Source: a virus. From it: a stretch of 64,000 nt of DNA. Shown piece after piece: positions 38,743 through 47,114 of the stretch. The stretch spans positions 36,912 to 100,911 of the IMG/VR virus record IMGVR_UViG_3300017917_004441; one strand, written 5' to 3'. A model generated the notes under the pieces. It searched no databases. It saw only the letters and a program-made list of their open reading frames with translations, and was not told where the DNA came from. Positions within the stretch are counted from its first letter, which is position 1. Each line of letters opens with the position of its first letter. The position numbers and the translations under genes were made by a program.

Positions 38743-39743
38743 AAACTCTCTTAGTAGATGGAGATAATTTATTTAAAATCGGATTCCACGGAGTCCGCGA
38801 ATTCTTCGTTGATGGAAATCACATCGGCGGAGTCTTCCACTTTCTCAACACACTTAGAAAACAGTTGGATGAGCACAACTACGACAAAGTCATTGTCTTT
38901 TGGGACGGTGACGGCAACTCATCCCAACGACGTGAAATATACCCCAAGTACAAACTGAACCGGCGTCAGGATATGAACGAATTCAAATTTGAATCGTATC
39001 TTATCCAAAAACAACGAGTCAAGGAATATTTGGAGGAATGTTTTGTGCGTCAACTTCGTGTTGATAACAACGAATCAGATGACCTTATAGCATATTATTG
39101 TCAGGTGGCCAAAGATGAGGATAAAACCATCTTTACCGCCGACAAGGATCTGCTACAACTCATTGATTCAACCACATCCATCTATTCACCGATGATCAAA
39201 GTGATGTATAAGATGGGGGACAAAGTATCCATTATGGGTACCCAAATCCCTCATCAGAACATCCTGACACTCAAGGTGATAATGGGTGACAAGAGCGATA
39301 ATATTGATGGGATTGAAAGACTCGGTGAAAAGACTTTTCTAAAGTTTTTTCCTGAGGTCCTTGACAGGGGGGTTTCAGTAGATGATATTTTATCTAAAAC
39401 CAATCAACTTCTTCAAGAAAATGGAACCAACAAAGCACTTCAAAATTTGGTCAATGGAAAGACTAAAGAGGGGGAACTCGGTATGGAATTTTTCAAGATC
39501 AATAAGAAAATCGTGGATTTGTCGGATCCAATGATTACTGAAGAAGGTAAAGAACTTGTCCAACTTTATTATCGTGAAACAATAGACCCCGAGGGTAGGG
39601 GGTCAAAGAATCTTATCAGAATGATGACAGACGATGGTTTCTTTAAGTTCCTACCCAAAACCGATGAAGCTTTTCTAAACTTCGTCAGACCGTTTACAAA
39701 ACTAACAAGAAAAGAAAAAAGACAATTCAAACAATCAAATTAA
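38739..39743 (+). CDS. 5'-3' exonuclease/flap endonuclease (T4 RNase H-like)
   Basis: LLVDGDN, VFWDG, YKLNR, ESDDLIA, TADKDLLQL and GDKSDNIDG..GEKT. Confidence 0.9.
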   Translation: MKTLLVDGDNLFKIGFHGVREFFVDGNHIGGVFHFLNTLRKQLDEHNYDKVIVFWDGDGNSSQRREIYPKYKLNRRQDMNEFKFESYLIQKQRVKEYLEECFVRQLRVDNNESDDLIAYYCQVAKDEDKTIFTADKDLLQLIDSTTSIYSPMIKVMYKMGDKVSIMGTQIPHQNILTLKVIMGDKSDNIDGIERLGEKTFLKFFPEVLDRGVSVDDILSKTNQLLQENGTNKALQNLVNGKTKEGELGMEFFKINKKIVDLSDPMITEEGKELVQLYYRETIDPEGRGSKNLIRMMTDDGFFKFLPKTDEAFLNFVRPFTKLTRKEKRQFKQSN

Positions 39744-39749
39744 TTTATT

Positions 39750-40199
39750 ATGAAAGAACAAGATATTGTTAAAATGGAGTTTTTGATCACATTGAATAAC
39801 AACATAGTTATTCAACGATACTTCAATGTACGAGGATACAACTCCACCGCGAGAGTTTCTGTTGACCTTTATGAATATGTAAAAGGATTGGTGGAAGCAT
39901 TTGAACAAACTCAAAAAATGAGAACTGTTGTGTACATGCTTGACAACCAATTTGACATTATGGAAGATTCAACAATTTTGGACACTGACAATACCGACGG
40001 ACCAGAAATTTTCAATTTCTACATCAAAATCGGCGAACAGACAATTTGTCATAGAACTCTGGATGCAAAAAATTTCCCACCTAAAATAAGATACACCGTA
40101 GACATACGCCAAGAGGCAAAAAGTATACTTCGGGACCTAACTGACATCTTTTCAGGACGAGAATTTAACACTCAGTACCTGAACTATACATTGGCTTGA
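39750..40199 (+). CDS. Hypothetical protein in the replication module
   Basis: 149-aa ORF tightly packed between the exonuclease and the helicase. Confidence 0.65.
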   Translation: MKEQDIVKMEFLITLNNNIVIQRYFNVRGYNSTARVSVDLYEYVKGLVEAFEQTQKMRTVVYMLDNQFDIMEDSTILDTDNTDGPEIFNFYIKIGEQTICHRTLDAKNFPPKIRYTVDIRQEAKSILRDLTDIFSGREFNTQYLNYTLA

Positions 40200-40235
40200 G
40201 CGTATTTATAACTTACAGAAAAGGGAATAAAAATT

Positions 40236-41612
40236 ATGTCAAATAGGAACTTCGAATATCTCGGGAATACATTTCAATTACAACTACTCAACCAACTTAT
40301 TTTAGATAAGGATTTTTCGCATTCAATTATTGACGTAATAGAACCCTCTCACTTTGAGAACAAGTACTTCAAGACCCTGATTCAGTTGATCAAGGAGTAT
40401 TATGTAAAATACGACTGTACACCATCATACGAAACATTATCGCAGATTGTCAAAAGTGAGTTCCCACAGGAGCTCATGTTGAAAATCCTGAACGATACAA
40501 TCAAACAAATTCAAGACGCACCAATTGATGGTGCTAGTTTTGTCCAAGAAAAAGCACTCAAGTTCTGTAAACAACAAGAGTTACAAAAAGCTATTTCCAA
40601 GTCACAAAAAATCTTGGATAACGGTGATTTTGAGAACTACGATAAATTGGAGGAATTGTTCAGAACTGCTATTCAAATTGGAGAGAACAACAACAAAATT
40701 GAGGACGTATTCACTAACTTAGATGATGTCCTAAATGAGGACTTCAGACACCCTATTCCCATGGGAATTGCTGGTATTGACCGACTTCTCAAAGGAGGAT
40801 TGGCAAAGGGTGAGTTGGGGGTAATCTTGGCACCAACTGGTGTAGGTAAAACTACTATCCTATCTAAGATTGCCAACAGTGCATTCAACACAGGATATAA
40901 CGTTCTACAATTGTTTTTTGAGGACAACCCAAAGGTTATCCAAAGAAAACACTTTACTATGTGGACAGGAATAGCTCCTGACGAATTGCCCAATCATCGT
41001 GAAGAAGTTCTTGAAAAAGCACGTCAAGTAAAAGAGGAGATGACAAACAAGTTATACTTGAAGAAACTTCCCTCTGATACACACACCATGACTCAAATCA
41101 AAAATATGATCCGTAAAATGATTGCTGATGGACATAAGATTGATATGATATTGGTTGACTACATTGACTGTATCGTGCCCGATAAAAACTTGGGTGATGA
41201 ATGGAAAAGTGAAGGTTCTGTCATGAGAGGTTTTGAAGCTCTCTGTCATGAATTGAATGTTGTAGGTTGGACCGCAACACAGGGTAACAGAAGCTCTATA
41301 TCTTCTGAGGTAGTCACCACCGACCAGATGGGTGGTAGTATTAAGAAGGCTCAAGTAGGTCACGTTATCATTTCCGTGGCAAAGACCTTACAACAAAAAG
41401 AAATGAACTTGGCAACCATCGCCATAACCAAATCTCGTATTGGTAAAGATGGTGTTGTTTTTGAGAACTGTAAGTTTGATAACGAAATGTTAGATATTGA
41501 CACGGAGAGTTCAGTAACCTTCTTAGGATTTGAAGAGAAGAAGGAAGAACAGAAACGTGATCGTATCAAAGAACTGATGGAGAAACGAAAACAACGTGAA
41601 CAACAAAACTAA
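40236..41612 (+). CDS. dnaB: Replicative DNA helicase (DnaB/T4 gp41-like)
   Basis: APTGVGKT, LVDYID, WTATQGNR and KSRIG; TATTTATA at 40203-40210. Confidence 0.9.
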   Translation: MSNRNFEYLGNTFQLQLLNQLILDKDFSHSIIDVIEPSHFENKYFKTLIQLIKEYYVKYDCTPSYETLSQIVKSEFPQELMLKILNDTIKQIQDAPIDGASFVQEKALKFCKQQELQKAISKSQKILDNGDFENYDKLEELFRTAIQIGENNNKIEDVFTNLDDVLNEDFRHPIPMGIAGIDRLLKGGLAKGELGVILAPTGVGKTTILSKIANSAFNTGYNVLQLFFEDNPKVIQRKHFTMWTGIAPDELPNHREEVLEKARQVKEEMTNKLYLKKLPSDTHTMTQIKNMIRKMIADGHKIDMILVDYIDCIVPDKNLGDEWKSEGSVMRGFEALCHELNVVGWTATQGNRSSISSEVVTTDQMGGSIKKAQVGHVIISVAKTLQQKEMNLATIAITKSRIGKDGVVFENCKFDNEMLDIDTESSVTFLGFEEKKEEQKRDRIKELMEKRKQREQQN

Positions 41613-41631
41613 ATTATAAAAATTATAAGCA

Positions 41632-42912
41632 ATGGAAGAGTTATTAGATATTATATCTAGTGATACCCGATATGTGATCAAACGTAGCGGTGATAGAGTT
41701 TTATTTGAGTCTGATAAAATCAAAAATGCGGTTATGAAAGCTATGTTCAGCGTTGGTAAAGTTGACGAAGAAATGGCTGAAAAAATTGCAAGACTTACCA
41801 AGAAAAGTCTCTACAGAGGTGATAAACTCAGAGTACCACATGTTGATGAAATCCACGATATGGTGGAAAATAAATTGATGGATAACGGTTTGAATGATGT
41901 TGCTAAGGAATACATTATCTATCGTTCAGTTCATCGTCCAAATATTTTTTCAAAACGAGTGAACTTGAAACCTTACGAGTATCCCGAGTTAGTTGAATAT
42001 GTTGACGCAATTCGTCACTCATACTGGGTTCACACCGAGTTCAACTTTACATCTGATATTCAAGATTTCAAAGTACACTTGAATGAAAAAGAGAAGTCAG
42101 CGGTTCAGAGAGCTATGTTGGCAATCTCACAGATTGAAATCGCAGTTAAAACCTTTTGGGGGGACATCTACAAAAGAATGCCCAAACCCGAAATCGGTAA
42201 TGTGGGTGCAACGTTTGCAGAGTCTGAAGTAAGACACGCAGATGCTTACTCTCACTTGATTCAATTGTTGGGACTGAATTCTGAATTTCAGAACTTGTTG
42301 GAAGTACCGGCAATTAGAAGAAGAATCAAATATTTGGAAAAAACTATTGCAAACTCTAAGACGGTAGAAAACCAAGATTACTTTGAATCAGTAGTCCTAT
42401 TCTCAATGTTTGTAGAAAACGTTTCGTTGTTCTCACAATTCTTGGTTATTATGTCCTTCAACAAACACAAGAATGTTTTGAAAGGTATTAGTAACGCTGT
42501 GGAAGCAACTTCAAAAGAAGAAAACATTCACGCAGAATTTGGATTTGATTTGGTGAATACAATCAAAAAAGAGAATCCTAATTGGTGGACACCACAGTTG
42601 GTTGAAGACATCTTAGATGCTACCATTGAAGCGTACGAAGCTGAGGCTGAGATTGTGGATTGGATCTTTGAGTTGGGTGATATGGATTTCCTTACAAAAG
42701 CTCAAACCTTGGAGTTTATTAAACACAGATTCAACCTATCATTGAATTCTATCGGTATTGAGGACGCGTTCAAAGTTGATAAGAAATTGTTGGAGACCAC
42801 CGAGTGGTTTGACGATGAAATCCTAACAACGAAACACACAGATTTCTTCAATAAGAGAAGTATCAATTACAGTAAAAAATCAAAATCAATTACGTTAAAC
42901 GACTTATTTTAA
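41632..42912 (+). CDS. nrdB: Ribonucleotide reductase small subunit with an N-terminal ATP-cone (class Id-like)
   Basis: ATP-cone VIKRSG...KIKNAV...VDEIHDMVE...VAKEYIIYR; ferritin-like ligands QIE, ESEVRH, VENVSLF, EENIH; C-terminal DFFNKRSINY. Confidence 0.92.
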   Translation: MEELLDIISSDTRYVIKRSGDRVLFESDKIKNAVMKAMFSVGKVDEEMAEKIARLTKKSLYRGDKLRVPHVDEIHDMVENKLMDNGLNDVAKEYIIYRSVHRPNIFSKRVNLKPYEYPELVEYVDAIRHSYWVHTEFNFTSDIQDFKVHLNEKEKSAVQRAMLAISQIEIAVKTFWGDIYKRMPKPEIGNVGATFAESEVRHADAYSHLIQLLGLNSEFQNLLEVPAIRRRIKYLEKTIANSKTVENQDYFESVVLFSMFVENVSLFSQFLVIMSFNKHKNVLKGISNAVEATSKEENIHAEFGFDLVNTIKKENPNWWTPQLVEDILDATIEAYEAEAEIVDWIFELGDMDFLTKAQTLEFIKHRFNLSLNSIGIEDAFKVDKKLLETTEWFDDEILTTKHTDFFNKRSINYSKKSKSITLNDLF

Positions 42913-42929
42913 TATATAAAAAAACAAAC

Positions 42930-44636
42930 ATGGAAAATAGAAAACCTTTTGACTGGATAAATGAGGAATCAATCACATTTCTTCGTAGAGGATATTTGAG
43001 TGAGGGTGAACAACCTTTGGAAAGAATCAAAGTCATTGCTGATCATGCAGAAAAACTATTGGGAATTGAAGGATTCGCTGATAAGTTTTACGATTATATG
43101 GGTAAAGGATGGTATTCTTTATCATCACCTGTATGGGCTAACTTTGGTAAAAAAAGAGGACTACCTGTAAGTTGTTTCGGATCAAATGTCGGAGACAATA
43201 TTGAATCAATTCTTTACACACAAGCTGAAGTAGGAGAGATGAGTAAAATGGGTGGTGGAACCTCAGGATATTTTGGTAACATCCGTGGACGTGGTGCTAA
43301 AATCACTGACAACGGACACGCACCAGGAGCGGTTCACTTTATGAACTTATTCCAAAGTGTTGTGGACAATATATCTCAAGGATCAACTCGTAGAGGTCGT
43401 TTTTCACCATATCTTCCAGTTGAACACCCTGACATCATGGAATTCTTGGAAATCGGTACAGAAGGTTTCCCAATTCAGGACCTTACACACGCTGTAACAG
43501 TTACCGATGAATTTATGAAGGAAATGATTGCAGGTGATGAGGATAAGAGAGCGGTGTGGGCAAAAGTTATTCAACGTAGAGGTGAGATCGGATATCCTTA
43601 TATCATGTTCACCGATACTATGAACAACGGAGCTCCTGAGGTATACAAGGACAAGGATATGAAAATTTACAATTCAAACCTCTGTTCTGAAATCGCTCTA
43701 CATAATTCAGAAGAAGAGTCGTTCGTTTGTGTTCTTTCATCTATGAATCTACTTCACTACGATGAGTGGAAAGACACCGATGCTGTTGAAACCATGATTT
43801 ATTTCTTGGATGCGGTTGTAACTGAATTCGTTAGTAAAATTGATGATATTCGTAACAGTGGTACCTTGGAAGGTCAAAGAGCTTTCTTCTACTTGGAAAA
43901 AGCTTACAACTTCGCTAAAAGACAAAGAGCACTTGGACTTGGAGTCTTGGGTTGGCACTCTCTATTACAATCAAAGAATTTACCTTTTGATAGTAAGGAC
44001 ACTGCAAGATTGAACGTTGAGGTATTCAAACTCATCAAAGATAAGTCATACAAAGCATCTGCAGAATTGGCGGAAATGTTTGGTGAACCCGAAACCTTGA
44101 TTGGTTACGGAAGACGTAATGTTACTTTGAATGCGATTGCACCAACAACATCTTCAGCTTTTATTTTGGGACAGGTGTCACAGTCAATTGAACCTATTTG
44201 GTCAAATGCTTATGTGAAGGACGTTGCTAAATTGAAAGTTACAATCAAGAACCCAGTCTTGAAGAAACTTTTGTCTGAGATGGGTAAAGATACCAAAGAG
44301 GTATGGGATAGTATCAAGAAATACGATGGTTCCGTACAACACTTGGAATTTTTGACTGATGAACAAAAAGACGTTTTCAGAACTTTTGCTGAAGTCAATC
44401 AATCATCAATTATCAACCAAGCGGCGGTAAGACAAGATTTTATTGATCAGTCTCAATCGTTGAACCTAATGATTTCACCTGACATGCCAACCAAGGATGT
44501 CAACAAATTGTTGATTGACGCATGGAAGTTAGGGGTAAAGACATTGTACTACCAACACTCAATGAACTCGGCACAGGCTTTCGCAAGAAAGAAATTGAAC
44601 CTAAATGACCTTGAATGCGTGGCTTGTCAGGCATAA
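42930..44636 (+). CDS. nrdA: Ribonucleotide reductase large subunit (class I, no ATP-cone)
   Basis: PVSCF, SNLCSEI, FVCVL, APTTSS, KTLYY and a C-terminal CVAC; 568 aa. Confidence 0.93.
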   Translation: MENRKPFDWINEESITFLRRGYLSEGEQPLERIKVIADHAEKLLGIEGFADKFYDYMGKGWYSLSSPVWANFGKKRGLPVSCFGSNVGDNIESILYTQAEVGEMSKMGGGTSGYFGNIRGRGAKITDNGHAPGAVHFMNLFQSVVDNISQGSTRRGRFSPYLPVEHPDIMEFLEIGTEGFPIQDLTHAVTVTDEFMKEMIAGDEDKRAVWAKVIQRRGEIGYPYIMFTDTMNNGAPEVYKDKDMKIYNSNLCSEIALHNSEEESFVCVLSSMNLLHYDEWKDTDAVETMIYFLDAVVTEFVSKIDDIRNSGTLEGQRAFFYLEKAYNFAKRQRALGLGVLGWHSLLQSKNLPFDSKDTARLNVEVFKLIKDKSYKASAELAEMFGEPETLIGYGRRNVTLNAIAPTTSSAFILGQVSQSIEPIWSNAYVKDVAKLKVTIKNPVLKKLLSEMGKDTKEVWDSIKKYDGSVQHLEFLTDEQKDVFRTFAEVNQSSIINQAAVRQDFIDQSQSLNLMISPDMPTKDVNKLLIDAWKLGVKTLYYQHSMNSAQAFARKKLNLNDLECVACQA

Positions 44637-44665
44637 AGACTCAAAAAGGTACATAATGTACAATA

Positions 44666-44694
44666 AACCCATCACTAAAGTGGTGGGTTTTTTT
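44666..44694 (+). terminator. Intrinsic terminator after nrdA
   Basis: AACCCATCAC-TAAA-GTGGTGGGTT followed by a T-run. Confidence 0.7.
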
Positions 44695-44731
44695 ATGTCC
44701 TAAAAAAAATAATGGGATATATTTATCAGAT

Positions 44732-45193
44732 ATGGCAAATGGTAAAACATATGGATTAACTTTTCCCTTCGTAGATTCGTTTGATGGAAAGTATTTGGAT
44801 CTCACTGATTATCCTGCTGAGGAAGTCAGAAGTAACCTTATTCACCTTTTATTGACAAGGAAAGGTTCACGTTACTTTTTACCTGACTTTGGGACAAGAT
44901 TATTAGAATACATTTTTGAACCTTTGGATGGCCCAACATTCCAAAGTATTGAAGCGGAAATCAGAGATTCAGTACAAAAATTTATGCCACAATTACAACT
45001 TACAAATATCTCCATTACATCACCGACAGGAGAAGCTGCAGGTCTTACGGCAACTGAAGCGGGTGGGGTGATAGATCCGGGCATTAGAAGATACAATCAA
45101 GACGTTAGTGAATACACCGCAACAGTAAGGATTGATTATTCAATAACAAATGATGTTTTCAACACAAAAGATTTCGTCATCATAAATATTTAA
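44732..45193 (+). CDS. Baseplate wedge/sheath initiator (gp25-like)
   Basis: NLIHLLLTRKGSRYFLPDFGTRLLEYIFEP; TATTTAT at 44720-44726. Confidence 0.85.
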   Translation: MANGKTYGLTFPFVDSFDGKYLDLTDYPAEEVRSNLIHLLLTRKGSRYFLPDFGTRLLEYIFEPLDGPTFQSIEAEIRDSVQKFMPQLQLTNISITSPTGEAAGLTATEAGGVIDPGIRRYNQDVSEYTATVRIDYSITNDVFNTKDFVIINI

Positions 45194-45197
45194 GATT

Positions 45198-47039
45198 ATG
45201 GCTGAAAGAAGAATTTCCTATACTGTAAGAGACTTTGCGGCAATCCGTCAAGAACTTATCAATTACACAAAAACATATTACCCTGAATTGATAGATAACT
45301 TCAATGATGCATCTGTCTTTTCAGTTTTCTTAGATTTGAATGCCGCAGTTGCCGACAACCTACATTATCACATTGATAGAAGTATCCAAGAAACAGTTCT
45401 TCAATATGCCCAACAAAGATCTTCAATTTACAATATTGCAAGGACATATGGTTTGAAAATTCCTGGTCAGAGACCATCTATCGCTTTGATAGACTTTTCC
45501 ATTACAGTACCAGCCTTCGGTGATAAAGAAGATGAAAGATACTTGGGTATCCTCAGAGCGGGTAGTCAGGTTATTGGATCAGGACAAATCTTTGAAAATT
45601 TATATGATGTAAATTTTGCATCACCATTCAACCAAGATGGTTTCCCAAACAGATTGAAGATTCCAAATTTTGATGCGAGTGGTAATTTGATCAACTACAC
45701 CATCACAAAAAGAGAAACAGTCGTAAACGGTATTACCAAGGTATTCAAGAGAGTTATTACACCTAATGATGTACGTCCATTTTTTGAATTCTTTTTACCT
45801 GAAAAAAATGTTCTCGGTGTAACATCAATTATCCAAAGAGATGGTACCTCATATTCTAACGTACCAACACCACAGGAATTCTTGGGGGCTCAAGGAAGGT
45901 GGTATGAAGTACCAGCTTTGGCTGACGATAGAGTTTTTATTGAGGATCCTACAAAACCATCTGATGATCCGGCAATCAAAGTTGGTAGATATATCCAAAC
46001 ACAACAGAGATTTATAACAGAATACACACCTGAAGGTTTCTTGAAGATTACTTTCGGTGGGGGTACAAATACTGCGGAGGATCAACTACGTGAGTTTACT
46101 GCTTTAGATGTTCCTTTGAAGATTCAAAGGTACCAAAATAACATGATGTCTTTGGGATCAACACCTAAGGCAAATACAACTTTGTTTATTCAATATAGAA
46201 TTGGTGGAGGACTTGGAACTAATTTAGGTGTGAATGTCATCAACCAAATTGGAGCCGTAGACTTTTTTGTCAATGGACCATCGGATGTAATCAACAACTC
46301 AGTAATCAATTCCTTGGCTTGTAACAACGTTACAGCTGCAATTGGTGGTGCAGGGTACCCTTCAACAGAAGAGGTCAGAAACTACGTTACATTCAACTTC
46401 TCAGCACAAAACAGAGCGGTTACCATCAATGACTATGAGGCAATCATCAGAAACATGCCAGGTCAATTCGGAGCACCTGCTAAAGTTTCAATCACAGAGA
46501 ATAATAATAAGATTCTGATCAACGTTTTATCATACGACTCATCAGGAAATCTTACCTCGGAAGTTTCACAAACTTTGAAACAGAACTTGGCTGAGTATCT
46601 GTCAAATTACAGAATGATCAATGACTATGTACAAATCGGAAGTGCTCAGGTTATTGATTTGGCAGTTGATGTCCAAGCAGTATTAGACTCAACACAAAAC
46701 CAAGGTGCTGTAATATCCAACATTATTGATAGAGTCACAACCTTCTTTAGCCCAACAATTAGAGAGATGGGTGAAGATATTTTGGTATCTGAACTCAACA
46801 GATTGATTCAATCTGAAAACGGTGTAATAAGTGTTGGTGAAATCAAAATATTCAATAAGGTAGGTGGACAATACAGTTCATCACAAACATCAATGCCATA
46901 TTCAGATGCTGCAACCAAAGAAATCTCATTGGTTGACAACACAATATTTGCAGAACCAAATCAAATCTATCAGATTAGATTCCCAGCGAAGGACATTACA
47001 GTTAGAGTTAAGAATTACCAAACAACAAACTTCTCGTAA
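45198..47039 (+). CDS. Baseplate wedge protein (gp6/J-like)
   Basis: RDFAAIRQEL, ITFGGG, YRIGGG and AQNRAVTINDY. Confidence 0.85.
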   Translation: MAERRISYTVRDFAAIRQELINYTKTYYPELIDNFNDASVFSVFLDLNAAVADNLHYHIDRSIQETVLQYAQQRSSIYNIARTYGLKIPGQRPSIALIDFSITVPAFGDKEDERYLGILRAGSQVIGSGQIFENLYDVNFASPFNQDGFPNRLKIPNFDASGNLINYTITKRETVVNGITKVFKRVITPNDVRPFFEFFLPEKNVLGVTSIIQRDGTSYSNVPTPQEFLGAQGRWYEVPALADDRVFIEDPTKPSDDPAIKVGRYIQTQQRFITEYTPEGFLKITFGGGTNTAEDQLREFTALDVPLKIQRYQNNMMSLGSTPKANTTLFIQYRIGGGLGTNLGVNVINQIGAVDFFVNGPSDVINNSVINSLACNNVTAAIGGAGYPSTEEVRNYVTFNFSAQNRAVTINDYEAIIRNMPGQFGAPAKVSITENNNKILINVLSYDSSGNLTSEVSQTLKQNLAEYLSNYRMINDYVQIGSAQVIDLAVDVQAVLDSTQNQGAVISNIIDRVTTFFSPTIREMGEDILVSELNRLIQSENGVISVGEIKIFNKVGGQYSSSQTSMPYSDAATKEISLVDNTIFAEPNQIYQIRFPAKDITVRVKNYQTTNFS

Positions 47040-47114
47040 TCTATAGTTTTCCCAACTTTAGATTACTTTTTATAAAATAGTGGATAAACTATTTATCATA
47101 GAAAGTTTGTTTTA

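Noticed and set aside
6840-44636. Inteins or introns in polB, dnaB, recA, nrdA or nrdB
   Set aside because: Catalytic motifs are contiguous with normal spacing, and no intein termini or homing endonuclease motifs were evident.
16308-47039. Bacterial contractile injection system (eCIS/T6SS/tailocin)
   Set aside because: Neck proteins and a full phage replication set are interleaved with the tail genes, indicating a genuine phage.
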